Assembly: GCA_946965045.2 (NCBI GenBank)
Contig: OX337231.1
Coordinates: forward strand, 3,162,001 to 3,226,000
Source: Epithemia pelagica
Taxonomy: Eukaryota > Protista > Bacillariophyta
DNA: 64,000 nucleotides
Direction: 5' to 3'
The notes beneath the pieces are model-generated. The model saw only the letters and a program-made list of their open reading frames with translations. It had not been told where the DNA came from and made no database searches. Both the position numbers and the translations under genes were made by a program. Positions within the stretch are counted from its first letter, which is position 1. Each line of letters starts with the position of its first letter. Positions 20,762 to 32,128 of the stretch are shown piece after piece.

Positions 20762-23700
20762 ATGGAGGGAATTGGACAATTTGATCACTCTTCTCAATCA
20801 GCTATCCCTCGCCATGATAGGAATGGTCGATTGTATACAGAAGACCAGCGCAAACAGATTGCCGATCGCCGTGGTCTTTGTCTTCGCTGCGGAATAACAA
20901 CACATGAAAAGACTAGAATTCTGGGGCGGAAGGCTCTGTCAAATGAAAATGTTTTTGAGGGAACTTGTATTCGTTGCAACCCGAGGAAGGTTCCACAACA
21001 TATTTATGATGCCTGGGAAGCCAAACACCGGCCTCAAATGACAGCCTCAGTAACACCTGTTCATCCGACATCGGGATCATCCATGGACAGCTCCAATAGT
21101 AGTATTTATCGTCGAGGCCATGATTCTCATCACCGCTTTCCTGCTCATCTCAATCCGGGCCATGGTCGAACCAGTTCTACTGGCTCGGCAAACGGGCCTT
21201 CCCCGACAAGAACACCTAACAATCACAGCAAACCGGCTTCCGCGTCTCTTACCTCGATGCCTTCAATGACAGGCCAGCGTTCGAATACACATCCGCCAGC
21301 AATGGCAACGTCCATGCCAGCAATGAATTCTCGAAATTTTGTGTCCGGTGCTGGAGCAGTCAAACAGGCTCATTTTGATGCATCCCAGCGTGGAAGTGCT
21401 GGACGAGAAATGCGAGGGATCGGTGAGTCGGTGGAGAGTCTTTCCATCAATGATCTGCCACGCCATGGTCAGGGGCCTGGACCAAACTCGAAAGAGCGCA
21501 ATACATCCTCTCTATCGAATGATCAATTATTTGACAGTTCTGTTCCACGTGGACTTGATGGCGCGGTGAACTCCAATCGATCATTTCATGCATGTGAAAG
21601 CTCAACCACCAAGGCTTCTTCTTCCGGAGAAGTCCATGATTCTCAGAGATCGGTGGTATCTGGTCTAACGACCAGTACAAGTGAAAGCAATCGAGACGGA
21701 CACCAAGAAGAAAAACAGACCACGGCCGTGGAAGACGAAAAGGCTGCATTGGGCTTCACAAGACAAGCTCCGGCCACTGTACATGGAGTCCAATCGTTCA
21801 GTAACAGAAGTGGTATCTTAAATGAAAGCTCGGAAAGCTTTTCTCCTTCGGAAGAGAATAAGTCTGCATTTGAAAGTGAGAAAGCTGCCCTGGGTATTGT
21901 GCGTTCTACACCAGCAACAAAACCGGGCGTGGAATCCTTCTATTCTAGTAACTCGATTATGGATTCTTCTGAGCCACAATCAACGGTCAAAACCACTACG
22001 GCGGCGGACCCCAAAGCCGCCTATCGCAGTTCACCAGCGCTCAAACCCGGTGTTCAAGGGGTCAGTAGCAGTCGTGGAGTGGCACCTTCACGCTCCGAGC
22101 AGTCCTTGCGTGGGAACAGATCTGAAGACGACATTGAACAAGACAGTAGTGAATTTGTCAGCAGAACCTCTTCCGCGTCCAAGATGCCCCCTTCAGTAGA
22201 CCTTAAACTATCGTTGCAAGACGACTACAAAGGCGATGAGACCAAACTTCCAACAACAGAGTACATGCAGCAACTGGCGGACAATCTGGATGACCCCAGT
22301 AGGCTACGACGGGTTCTCCACAACTTGAGAAACATTGAAGATGATGATCAGAGCGATATTTTGCACCAAATTAAAGTCATATTGTCTCACTGTGCAAGTG
22401 ACCCCCGCGTCGGCGATGTGGCTGTCGGCGTTTTATGGCGAACAGCGGCGGTCGGTACTGAAGCCAAGAACGAAGTCATGCAGTCAGGGGCGATTGATGT
22501 GGTCCTAGATTGTCTGAGGCAGCAAAAAGAGGACCATGAATTTTGCCAATGGGTTCTGGGAGTTTTAACAAGCGTTGCTTTTAACGTGGAAAACAAGGAA
22601 CTCATAGCTGACAAGGGTGGCATTGAGCAGATCCTAGAGGTGCTTGCACTGCAAAAGAAGAATGCCGGTGTGTTTGAATGGGCATGCCGTTGCTTGCATA
22701 ATCTTGTGCATTGTTACGAAGAAGATGGAGACCACGTTGTCGTCTCGAAAAATATCACTTCCATTGAGGAATCCGGAGGTATCGAAATTCTCATTGATTC
22801 TATGCATCATCATACTACTGAAACCAATGCACAGCTCTGGGCTGTGAAATTGTTGTGGCGTCTTCTGGATGCTTCTGGAACAACTGAGATCAGGAGGCGA
22901 CTGTGTGTTATGCATAGAATGGTCGTTATTCGAAAGATGGCCGCTGCCGATTACGTTTCCGTGGCCTCTAAGCTGCTAAGGCAGCAGTCTACAGCAGGCA
23001 AGCTTCTTGTTTCTAGTGCAGAACTCATGACTGTTGTTATCTTGGGAGCTGGAGGCGAATCAAACATGTTTAAGTATGCTCTTTTACTTGAGAAAGCCAG
23101 CCAGTGCGCATCAAACATGATTCGGGTAATGAAACATATGCCGGGCGATTTGGAGATCCAATCTGCTGGATGTCGATTGCTTTCTGCACTTTGCAACGCT
23201 AATGGAAACATTACGAAGGATATGATTGAACTTGGTGCGATGGATGTGATTGCTGAGGCCATGATGAATATACAACAAAACGAAAATGTTGTTGAACCAG
23301 GCACGTGGGCGATGTGGAAACTGTCGGCGGAGGTGAAAGGGTCTGTCGAAGACATCACTCTTGATATTTCAACTATACGGAATGTTTTAGGTCTATTGGG
23401 AACACTGGCTTCAACGCACGATGACCAAGCAATACAACTTGCTATCAACGGCTTTGTCGTTAATATGTGCGGCAACGAAAGTCTAGTGTTCGACGACTTT
23501 CCGATCGCGGCTCTTGCCCAGGGCCTGCTCCGTGCTCCTCTTTCTGGGGGTGGAGATGTTCTTTCGTTGCTCTGCTCTCAGTATCCGGAGTCTGCTGATA
23601 TGGTTCTACAAAGCCTGACTTTAAGCGCCGTCGTCACAGTTTTGAACGACAGTAATCTTGTCGTGCAGGAGCATCTTGTTCCCGTTCTCATTGCTGCAGC

Positions 23701-25555
23701 AGAGAATTCTGCGGAGGCCAGAAACTTGATGATGTCTTCGGGTGTAATGTCGGCCTCGGTTGCTGCGCTTGGAGACATCCAAAACAAAGAGCTATGTACT
23801 TCGCTGGTGGATTTAATATCAGCTCTCTCCGCCTCCAGAGTCGAAGGGAATGGTGACTCTCCAATCCCACTTGGCTTCTGCCGAACTCTCCGAAGCTGTC
23901 TTGAAAACCATCTTTCTGATGAGAAGTTATCCATGAAGTTAATGCAGATGGCTGTGGGTGCCATCGTACAGTCATCGCTAACCGATGAAGTTGATTCACT
24001 TCTTCCTGTGCTGGTCGACAAGATTGGAAATTCGTCCGTGCCTGTTGCAGTGGGTGCATGCAACCTTGTATGGGCAATCGCATCAAAGCAGACCATTTGT
24101 GAAGAATCTCGATTGAGTCAACTTTTCACGTGCATTGTTACCTGGATGATGAAATTTGACGGTGAGAATGGACATGAGTTCAGTCTGGAAGTGCAGACAG
24201 CCGCTGCGGGGGCTATGAGCAGTATTTCTGGTTGCATCAGAAACACTCCAATTCCTATCGAATCGCAACAGGTGGACAGTTTTATGGGAATAGTTTATGT
24301 TGCCCGAAACGTAGGACAAGAGGCTAGTGGATTCATGGTTGCGATTCTCACTTCGCTGTGGAACCTCTGTTTTGTTCACGAAGGCGTGCTTCTACAGGCT
24401 GGTGTCATAATATTGGTTATGGACATCATGGGTGCCTACCGATCAGATGCAACCGTCCAAGAAAAAGGATGTTTGGTACTTGCACAACTGGCTTCGTCCG
24501 AAAACATTCAAATCACTCTTAGTATAGTGGAGACGGATGGTGTTCAGATGCTCTTGGAAGCTTTGGCGTCGTTTCCATCAATCAAAGGCATACAAAGTGA
24601 AGCGGCTAAAGCCCTTGCGCACCTTAGTACGGACGACGAGACCAGAATGCTGGTGAGTGCCATGGGTGGAATCAATCTCCTTGTGACGTCAATAACATCG
24701 TTCAGTGACGATCTGGTTTTGCTTGAAAGAGCGTATTCGGCCCTGCTTAATTTAACTTCGGACGTTCCGGAGCAGTTTCTGGATTTTGCTGCGATTGTGC
24801 GTGCTATTGTCACGACTATGGCGATGTATCCCCATTCAACAAGTCTCCGAGAAAACGGTCTCGGTATTCTACAAAACGTATGCATGAAGGGGGCTAAAGC
24901 GAAAGAGACCATAGCAGCTGAGGGCGGAATTACAACTGTTACGAATGCTATGGAGAATTTCATTACCACTCCAACGGTGTTGGAGCGCTCGTTCAGTACT
25001 TTGTGGAGTCTTGCGGTGCTTCCCGCTAATCAAAGTCGAATTGCCAAAGCCAATGGCATCAGCATGGTTGTAGCGGGGATGTATGCTTCAATAGAATATG
25101 AACGCGTTCAACAGCAAGGCTGTGGTTGTATGTTCACTCTTGCCCTCGACGTGGATAATAGAAAGGCGTTCCGGCGTGCAGGCGGAGTTGACGCAGTTAC
25201 TTTATCCTCAAAGGCTCACTTTGGAAGTGCTGGTGTTCAGGTAGAAGTATGTCGATGTCTTGCGGGACTTGCGACGCCTGGCGAAGGATCCGATGCAATT
25301 GAAACTGTGTCACAAGAGGAAGTTGATGCTGTGTTGTTTGCCATGCAACGATTCACTGGCGTCGAGGGTGTGCAATTGCATGGAATCACAGCACTTTTTA
25401 ATTTCTTGTATGCCGGTAACGCGCCCTCGTTGATCTCTGCGAACCGAGGAGTGATGAAAGACGCCGTTGAGAGAGCGTCGAATCATTTTTACGACCACTG
25501 CGCAGAGGTGGCGCAAGGCTTTCATCATCGAATGATTGAATTAGGAGTCGCATGA
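20762..25555 (+). CDS. Large ARM-repeat protein with N-terminal Cys/His module and S/T-rich disordered linker
   Basis: Single long ORF; repeated ARM-like GGIEQIL/GGIEILI/GGITTV and ACRCLHNL/GCLVLAQL helices; N-terminal CLRCGITTH...CIRC. Confidence 0.75.
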   Translation: MEGIGQFDHSSQSAIPRHDRNGRLYTEDQRKQIADRRGLCLRCGITTHEKTRILGRKALSNENVFEGTCIRCNPRKVPQHIYDAWEAKHRPQMTASVTPVHPTSGSSMDSSNSSIYRRGHDSHHRFPAHLNPGHGRTSSTGSANGPSPTRTPNNHSKPASASLTSMPSMTGQRSNTHPPAMATSMPAMNSRNFVSGAGAVKQAHFDASQRGSAGREMRGIGESVESLSINDLPRHGQGPGPNSKERNTSSLSNDQLFDSSVPRGLDGAVNSNRSFHACESSTTKASSSGEVHDSQRSVVSGLTTSTSESNRDGHQEEKQTTAVEDEKAALGFTRQAPATVHGVQSFSNRSGILNESSESFSPSEENKSAFESEKAALGIVRSTPATKPGVESFYSSNSIMDSSEPQSTVKTTTAADPKAAYRSSPALKPGVQGVSSSRGVAPSRSEQSLRGNRSEDDIEQDSSEFVSRTSSASKMPPSVDLKLSLQDDYKGDETKLPTTEYMQQLADNLDDPSRLRRVLHNLRNIEDDDQSDILHQIKVILSHCASDPRVGDVAVGVLWRTAAVGTEAKNEVMQSGAIDVVLDCLRQQKEDHEFCQWVLGVLTSVAFNVENKELIADKGGIEQILEVLALQKKNAGVFEWACRCLHNLVHCYEEDGDHVVVSKNITSIEESGGIEILIDSMHHHTTETNAQLWAVKLLWRLLDASGTTEIRRRLCVMHRMVVIRKMAAADYVSVASKLLRQQSTAGKLLVSSAELMTVVILGAGGESNMFKYALLLEKASQCASNMIRVMKHMPGDLEIQSAGCRLLSALCNANGNITKDMIELGAMDVIAEAMMNIQQNENVVEPGTWAMWKLSAEVKGSVEDITLDISTIRNVLGLLGTLASTHDDQAIQLAINGFVVNMCGNESLVFDDFPIAALAQGLLRAPLSGGGDVLSLLCSQYPESADMVLQSLTLSAVVTVLNDSNLVVQEHLVPVLIAAAENSAEARNLMMSSGVMSASVAALGDIQNKELCTSLVDLISALSASRVEGNGDSPIPLGFCRTLRSCLENHLSDEKLSMKLMQMAVGAIVQSSLTDEVDSLLPVLVDKIGNSSVPVAVGACNLVWAIASKQTICEESRLSQLFTCIVTWMMKFDGENGHEFSLEVQTAAAGAMSSISGCIRNTPIPIESQQVDSFMGIVYVARNVGQEASGFMVAILTSLWNLCFVHEGVLLQAGVIILVMDIMGAYRSDATVQEKGCLVLAQLASSENIQITLSIVETDGVQMLLEALASFPSIKGIQSEAAKALAHLSTDDETRMLVSAMGGINLLVTSITSFSDDLVLLERAYSALLNLTSDVPEQFLDFAAIVRAIVTTMAMYPHSTSLRENGLGILQNVCMKGAKAKETIAAEGGITTVTNAMENFITTPTVLERSFSTLWSLAVLPANQSRIAKANGISMVVAGMYASIEYERVQQQGCGCMFTLALDVDNRKAFRRAGGVDAVTLSSKAHFGSAGVQVEVCRCLAGLATPGEGSDAIETVSQEEVDAVLFAMQRFTGVEGVQLHGITALFNFLYAGNAPSLISANRGVMKDAVERASNHFYDHCAEVAQGFHHRMIELGVA

Positions 25556-25734
25556 AGTAGTAAAGCGATAGTGATTCAATTCTGTTGTCTCAGATGAACC
25601 GATCCATCCATGAAAAGCGGGAGCTAGGTATCTCACATCAGTCGTGTCCCCCGGAGAGGGATGAACCCAAACTGACTTAGATGTCAGATAATCACTTCCA
25701 ACAAGTACGGATACAATTTGTCAAATATTTGATC

Positions 25735-28410
25735 TCACGGGACCCGCTTGCTTTTGACTCCACGTCGACGTCGATAAACTAACATGCAGATAAGTGAAAG
25801 TGGAAATCCAATACCAGACGAGGACTGCCATGGGTTCTTTAGAATCCACGCAATGGCTCTGCTCCACGGGAATTTTGCTAATTGTAGAACCAAACTCTCA
25901 GTCAAGTCATAAAGGAACGTGGGAGAAAGAATGTTGCCAACCGTGGAGAGAATATCCCAAACTGCTCGGTGTATAAAGGTTCCGTCGAAGAGGAGCTCCA
26001 GATCCTTTAGTCGTTGATCGATTTTTTCCCGCTCTCTCTCCTGCTCCATCAGCAGATCTAAGAGGACCATTTGAAAGCACGAAATTGAATCCCTTGAAAA
26101 CTTCTCCTGCAAAGACAAGGCAGCTTGAAGAGACTTTATTTCCAACGTCAGTTTCTTGAATATAGGTTCCATTCCTCCTGTGGATGGGTTATTGCTTGTT
26201 GTTCCGGGGGAGGATGAACGTGTTTGCGTGGACTTATTCCTGAGTTGCGTCATGTTCAATTCTTTGAGACAAGCAGCACTTGGTATTCTTGATAGCAGCA
26301 TTTCCATCCCTGGAATATCATCAATCATTGTCGAAGTGAATGTACCGTGATCGTTTAGAAGTTTCTGCGATTCGGTTGCTGATTCCTCACTATCAGAATC
26401 ATCAGTGGAAGGCCTCGTCTGTCCAACTAGATTGTCCGAAGAATCATCATTCATAGGGATCGTTTTCTCGTCCATGACACTGTGCTCTGATGTGTTGGAG
26501 GGAATAGAAATGTTTGATCGTATCAATTTGAGCTTGAATTCACCCAGTAACAGCATCTCGCCAATTTCCGTTTTCACCGCAGACAGAAGATAAGATACAC
26601 AGTCTGGTTCATCCAAGAACAGTCGCGAAAGGCCACTTGATTCGACCGCAATGAACTGGCTACTAAGTTGAAATTGCGACTCAAGGAGTGCTCGAAGCCG
26701 AAGTGGCGACTTAAGAGGCGGAGCCAGAGCAGTATTCATGAAAGGCAATGGTGATGGTTTAGGAAGCTCGACGAAATGTTTGCGGATTATGGAATCTCCT
26801 GCCACAGATGCAGATGAAAGTGCACTCCAAGCGCAAGCTTTCTCAATTGTAGGTGGAAGTATCCAGTCGAACAGCAGATATCCATCGCTCCCCACCCCTC
26901 GGGCTTGACAGGATGTGCAACCCTCTTCGATTCCGGTGAAGTCATCGCTATCTACTTGGGGAGAGTCAGGATGAGTGTGTATGGGATCAACCTCTACTGC
27001 GTTCCTTTCTTCCTCAGTAGACCCTGTGATGGCAACCTCGGTCGACGACGAAACACGCACTCCAACCGAGTCAGGCGATGCCACATCGGTGCCATTGGTG
27101 ACCAGTGAAGATAAATGCCCATCCTTCTGTATCTCCTCGTCGGACAATGACTCGTATTCTGGATCCAGATCATCTTCTTCCCACTGTTCGTGAAAGCCTT
27201 GCTGCATGGTGCTACCATGAACGCTGATTTGAGTGATGGTGAGATAGTGTTCGTCGCCATAGTGGGAGATAACTCGGAACTTGAGGTAACGAGCCCAGTT
27301 GGCAGAGTTCTGTAATTCAAATTCCTGTCTACCAAATTTGTCTGATTTCGCAGTGTAACGACCCAAATCAGCCCAGTTCGTCATAGTTTGAGATCCCAAT
27401 ATTTGAAACTCTTTGACGTTGCTGCTATATCGCTCATAGTTGGAAAGTACGATTTTTTTAACGAGAATCTCTTCTGAGAGTCCAATGATAAGTGATTTGT
27501 TGTCCTCAGCAGTAGGAACAATAGCGTATTGGTCTTTGTCTCCAGATAGTAGATTTGATGTTCCTTTCCATCCTGCACTCTTTTCGATAATAAGAGCACC
27601 TGTTGATTTTCCTGCATAGTCTACAACAAGAAGTTCCTCCTCCCTTTCTTCTTCTTGATGCGAGGATACTTCCTTTTCTTGGCCTGTTTTTATTGAAGAA
27701 GGCAATTCCTCCGAAGTGACGTTGGTAGTAGTGTTGGTTTCAAGGCTCACATCTTCAAGTGACTCAGGACTCTTCGCTGTATCATTCGGTACATTCTCCA
27801 TTTCTGTTCGATTTCCTGGAGTGGTTCGTTCAGGGATTGTTCTGTTCACTATTCGTTTCCTTCTTCGTTGTGATCGAATCTCAGGCTTGACATCGTCGTT
27901 GAGCCTGTTCAGGGACAACCGAACATCGTCAGAAGTTAAAAAGGGTCTAAACGGTGGCTGTATGACGACGTGATTGCGATATGACGACGTCTGTGGGTAA
28001 ATCTGCTTTGGTCGTGTCGCCCATCGAAATGACTGATCGTTTTCGTCGCTGTCATCATCGTTAAACAAATTGGTCAAATGGGACGGGAATCGTGTCAAGA
28101 TTTCATCTTGAAATATTCTTTGAGCGGCCGACATCGAAGGCCATTCCGCAGTTGTCATTGCCTTTAGAAGAGAATGAGTTCTTGGAAGTTGGATGTCCTC
28201 TTCACTACTGGTAGAATCATCAAGGCTGTCAACTCCTTGTTGATGCGTACGTAAATTGGAGTTTGGCGGTTTGTCGAGTGACTCGGACTCTCCAAACTCT
28301 ATTCTTGTCGTATCATCAATCGGATCATGAATATTCTGTTCATCTGCAGACAAGTGAGGGAACAGAAGACAGGCAAGTACGAACGGAGCCGGTGTTAGCG
28401 TGATTTTCAT
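25735..28410 (-). CDS. Mid-SUN domain protein (SLP1/SUCO-like)
   Basis: Signal peptide; DYAGKSTGA, IIGLSEEILV, SNYERYSSNVKEFQILGS, RYLKFRVISHYGDEHYLTITQISVHG; coiled coil and C-terminal hydrophobic segment. Confidence 0.85.
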   Translation of the reverse strand: MKITLTPAPFVLACLLFPHLSADEQNIHDPIDDTTRIEFGESESLDKPPNSNLRTHQQGVDSLDDSTSSEEDIQLPRTHSLLKAMTTAEWPSMSAAQRIFQDEILTRFPSHLTNLFNDDDSDENDQSFRWATRPKQIYPQTSSYRNHVVIQPPFRPFLTSDDVRLSLNRLNDDVKPEIRSQRRRKRIVNRTIPERTTPGNRTEMENVPNDTAKSPESLEDVSLETNTTTNVTSEELPSSIKTGQEKEVSSHQEEEREEELLVVDYAGKSTGALIIEKSAGWKGTSNLLSGDKDQYAIVPTAEDNKSLIIGLSEEILVKKIVLSNYERYSSNVKEFQILGSQTMTNWADLGRYTAKSDKFGRQEFELQNSANWARYLKFRVISHYGDEHYLTITQISVHGSTMQQGFHEQWEEDDLDPEYESLSDEEIQKDGHLSSLVTNGTDVASPDSVGVRVSSSTEVAITGSTEEERNAVEVDPIHTHPDSPQVDSDDFTGIEEGCTSCQARGVGSDGYLLFDWILPPTIEKACAWSALSSASVAGDSIIRKHFVELPKPSPLPFMNTALAPPLKSPLRLRALLESQFQLSSQFIAVESSGLSRLFLDEPDCVSYLLSAVKTEIGEMLLLGEFKLKLIRSNISIPSNTSEHSVMDEKTIPMNDDSSDNLVGQTRPSTDDSDSEESATESQKLLNDHGTFTSTMIDDIPGMEMLLSRIPSAACLKELNMTQLRNKSTQTRSSSPGTTSNNPSTGGMEPIFKKLTLEIKSLQAALSLQEKFSRDSISCFQMVLLDLLMEQEREREKIDQRLKDLELLFDGTFIHRAVWDILSTVGNILSPTFLYDLTESLVLQLAKFPWSRAIAWILKNPWQSSSGIGFPLSLICMLVYRRRRGVKSKRVP

Positions 28411-29042
28411 GGTCAACAAAGAACGACAAGTTTATGTTCTACGGGATGGATGGCGACAAACGTGTTTTGAGGCGAGGTCATGTCACACGTTAAATTAAAA
28501 AGGCGCGACTGCATCCTTCGCTTTTTTGGCGGGGACTTTCTGGCACACGCCGGTCGGCCACGTGGAACGTTCCCTCGAAAAGATCAGAATCCCACTAGCC
28601 ATCCAATCACAGTTCCAACTTCATGTCGGTGTTGGAGTTCACGACCCGCCACAGAAAGCATAGTTTTCTCGAACTCCTCGCATGAATATGTACCGTAACG
28701 ATTCTAGAAAACAAAGAAAAACTAGGCCCCGGTGTTGGAGTCCTGTTGCATCGATGCGAGCGACGACTTGAATTTTGGCCTGATCAATGCGGTGAATAGT
28801 CGACCTCGTGTTATCGTAGTCAGCCGTAAAGCCCGCCTGATTAGTGATTACAAAATGACTGGTTCCTCCCGTTCTATGTGACCTAGGCAAGGGGTTCTCC
28901 ATTTAGCTTTGTGGGATAGAAGGAGTAGTTTTCATATGAGCAGTTTCATCTACCAATGCTAAATGCCAACGCGAACTCTTCGAACATTTGGGTCTCACCA
29001 CCGTTCAATTTAGTCCCGCACGTCACTGTTTAATCGTTCGTC

Positions 29043-30965
29043 TCACACACCATATTCAGATCGATACGCCACAACTTTCTCCAAAACATCGTCCGAAAAC
29101 TCGGAGCTCGTCGCCAAGAAAGCTTGGAGCTGCGGCAAGTTGACAATCGACACTACAGGTAGACTGAGATCTCGCGACACGGCTTGGACTGCAGACACGG
29201 GGTCATCCAGAGACCGCTTCTCTGCCCGATCTAGAGCAATCACAACACCCACAGGTTTGGCACCCACCGATTGAAGCATTTCATGCGATTCGCGAATGGC
29301 GGTTCCGGCTGTGATTACATCGTCTACGACGAGCACTCGTTTATCTTCTAGCGACGAGCCGACGAGCATTCCTCCTTCCCCATGATCTTTGGCTTCCTTC
29401 CGATTATAAGCAAATCCAGCATCGACTCCATAGATGCTGTAGAGTGCACCACAAACAACTGCTCCCAAGGAAATTCCCTTGTACGCAGGACCAAAGATCA
29501 CGTCGAAAGCAACGCCATTACCGGATCGGCTGAATCAAGAGTGAGGAAAGAATAAAATGAAGAGAGATCAACAAAACCAAATGTAAGTAGAGATTCCAGT
29601 AATTGGGTGTGCAACGCGCAACACGAAGGTTCATGCAGTCTCAGTAAAAATATTGAATCAGCGATATGGGGTTTTGACCGGCACTTCCCCGTAAGGGAAT
29701 TAGGTGAAAGAAGACCAATGGTGTAATCCTTGACTGCAATATACTTGGATATGTCTAAGGGTCAGGTGCTTGAATAGTTGAAATCATCGCCACTCGCGTG
29801 GGGGCGGATCGTGAACACGGACCAAGCGAATTAATCCTCCTTCCCTCATAATGACAAGAACGTAACAAATTTCTGTCCACAACACTTGAACTTACAGTTG
29901 TGGGGAAGCCATGATGGCCGAGGCGTAGGCATTACCCAGATTGAACAATGCGGCCCCGGAGGCAAACAGACCTGCATTGAAAAAATATGGAGAGGTTCTT
30001 CCGCTCTTCAACACGAATGATCCAAACTTTAAAACACCTTGCGACAAACTGAATTTGATGAATTCTTCTTGATAAGGTTCGATAGAGGTTGAAGTCTCCT
30101 TTGCGCTGCTTTCGTTTGCCACTTTTACTTGATCTACCGCTTTTCGAATGTCTTCCACCAATTTCTTTGCCGCTTCTGCAGGATTTTCAGCCCTGCTGAT
30201 GCCCCTGGATACCGGAACAAGCATACAAGACCCTGTCGAGTTCAAACCTGCTTTACAAGCATCGAACAAATCGCCTCCCTGAGCTCCAACACCCGGGGCT
30301 AATATCCAAACATTTGGCCCGGCAGCTTTACGAGCATTTTGCAACGCTGTTGAATCTGTAGCTCCAACAACAAGTCCCAGAACAGACGATGGTGCATTCG
30401 ATGCCCAGGTATCGCTGACTAGTTTCGCGATTCGTTCATACATGGTCTCGTTTGAGGCCAATCGGCAAGCCAATAACTCTTGTGAGGAAGGATTGGACGT
30501 TTTGCATAACAAAAATGCCCCTTTTCCAGCATATTTATCAGTAACAAAGGGCTTGATGGAATCCCATCCCATGAGAGGGGACACTGTGACAGCATCCGCT
30601 CCCACATGATCAAAGGAAGCCACCGCATAGGCCGCCGCCGTGGATCCAATGTCACCACGCTTCACGTCCAAAAGGACTGGAACATCCGAAGGTATCACTT
30701 CTTGACATACTCGTCTCAACACTTTGACGCCTCCATCGCCCAGCGCTTCGAAAAATGCAGCGTTTGGCTTGAAACAGGCGGCATAGGGAAGAGTTGCGTC
30801 CACCAAGGTTTTGCAAAAGGTAAACGCGGCTTCACATCGTACTTCGGCTGTGACATCTTCCGCACCATCCGGGAACAATTCTGCTTCATGCGGATCAAGA
30901 CCCACGCACAATAGTGAGTCAACCGCTTTGACGCGAGTCTCTAACTTGGTCTGAAAGGATGCCAT
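29043..30965 (-). CDS. UMPS: UMP synthase, OMP decarboxylase-orotate phosphoribosyltransferase fusion (OMPDC-OPRT order), join complement(29896..30965,29043..29529)
   Basis: [42 protein letters not shown], then [43 protein letters not shown]; 366-nt intron 29530-29895 joins exons in frame. Confidence 0.95.
29530..29895 (-). other. Unusually long (366-nt) GT-AG intron in UMP synthase
   Basis: GTAAGT donor at 29895, pyrimidine tract and CAG acceptor at 29530; other introns inferred in the window are 76-172 nt. Confidence 0.85.
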
Positions 30966-31188
30966 GGTTGCTTCGAATCTATGTAAAGGAGATCGTGCAG
31001 AAATATGCCTCATCGGTTAGAGTTTTAAAACTTACTATGATTTATTTATCGGGTATGACTTCGACGCTCAGGATTTGGATCCCTCCCTCAGGGCCATCCA
31101 AAATTATCGAACGCAAAACACGTTTCATTTTTCTTGCCATCAGACAAATCGTTTGTTGCGACAATGAGAGGATGAGGACTGGAAACCC

Positions 31189-32085
31189 ATGGCAATCATG
31201 AGCAGCGGCAAAAAACCATCACGGAAACACCGGAAAGACGATGGAGATAATTCTGAGAAAACAAGCAAGAAGAAACGTTTCCCTTTCCGACTACCGGCCG
31301 AATATGCAACTGATCCAGACCGATTTGAATTTTGGACCGTTCGGGTCCCTGCCGCAATGAACTTGGAGCATATGCAGGGATGTCAAATCAAAAACAAGGA
31401 GGATTGCTATGTCACATCTGATAGTGTTGCATCCACATCGCCGACAAAGTTTGCCCTACATGTTGGAAACGGCGCTGAGAACGAATCTCTTCGCATGATC
31501 ATTCCACGGACACAACTGAATGTGGATGACGATGAGAGTGACGACGACAGCAATGATGAAGAGGACAAGAAAACCCTCATGGTAGCGCTTTCCGAGGGGT
31601 TTACTCGTCACATGAATGTTGTGGAACACCGTGAGACGCGCACCGAACAACAGTTAGCACCCCACCCAGACGAGGCGCCCGATGCTGGGTCCGCTTTACG
31701 ACGAGCGTATACAAGTGTTCCACAGAAAACTGGTCTCAAGCGAAGATGGCAACCATCTGGAGCTTCGTCAATCCCGTCAGACCACTTTTCTAACGCGATA
31801 GCTCAGACAGCAAGGACCTCAATGAACAGGAGAACGACGGATGTCAATATGGATGAACCAAGTGGAGAAAAACAAGAAAATAATTGCAAACAAGAAGCTG
31901 AAACAACGTCAATTGATAAAGTTACGGAGAAACGGAGGCATGGTCGCATTTCTCGCGAAGATCACGCAATCGCTACAGACCGAGAGGCAAAGCGTGCGGC
32001 CAAGAAAGCAAGGAAAGAAGAAAAAAAGGAGAAGAAAGAAGGAAAGAAGGCGAAAAAGGAGAAGAAAGACCAAACGCCGAGCTAG
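31189..32085 (+). CDS. Lys-rich nuclear protein, possibly RNA polymerase I subunit A34.5/PAF49-like
   Basis: N-terminal RFEFWTVRVP resembles the ELWLI(K/R)xP start of A34.5; acidic linker; KKEKKEKK tail. Confidence 0.45.
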   Translation: MAIMSSGKKPSRKHRKDDGDNSEKTSKKKRFPFRLPAEYATDPDRFEFWTVRVPAAMNLEHMQGCQIKNKEDCYVTSDSVASTSPTKFALHVGNGAENESLRMIIPRTQLNVDDDESDDDSNDEEDKKTLMVALSEGFTRHMNVVEHRETRTEQQLAPHPDEAPDAGSALRRAYTSVPQKTGLKRRWQPSGASSIPSDHFSNAIAQTARTSMNRRTTDVNMDEPSGEKQENNCKQEAETTSIDKVTEKRRHGRISREDHAIATDREAKRAAKKARKEEKKEKKEGKKAKKEKKDQTPS

Positions 32086-32128
32086 TGCTTTAGAAACCGC
32101 AAATCCATCTTGTCGATTCTGACTTTGT

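Noticed and set aside
29595-29650. TPP-riboswitch-like CTGAGA...TGAACC in the UMPS intron
   Set aside because: The conserved CCUGAU, UAAU loop and CGnAGG elements are missing.
29590-29700. RNase P/MRP-like ACCCAATT and GGGAAG segments in the UMPS intron
   Set aside because: Spacing is too short, P4 pairing is poor, and there is no GAAAGUCCCC/GGGGCU pair.
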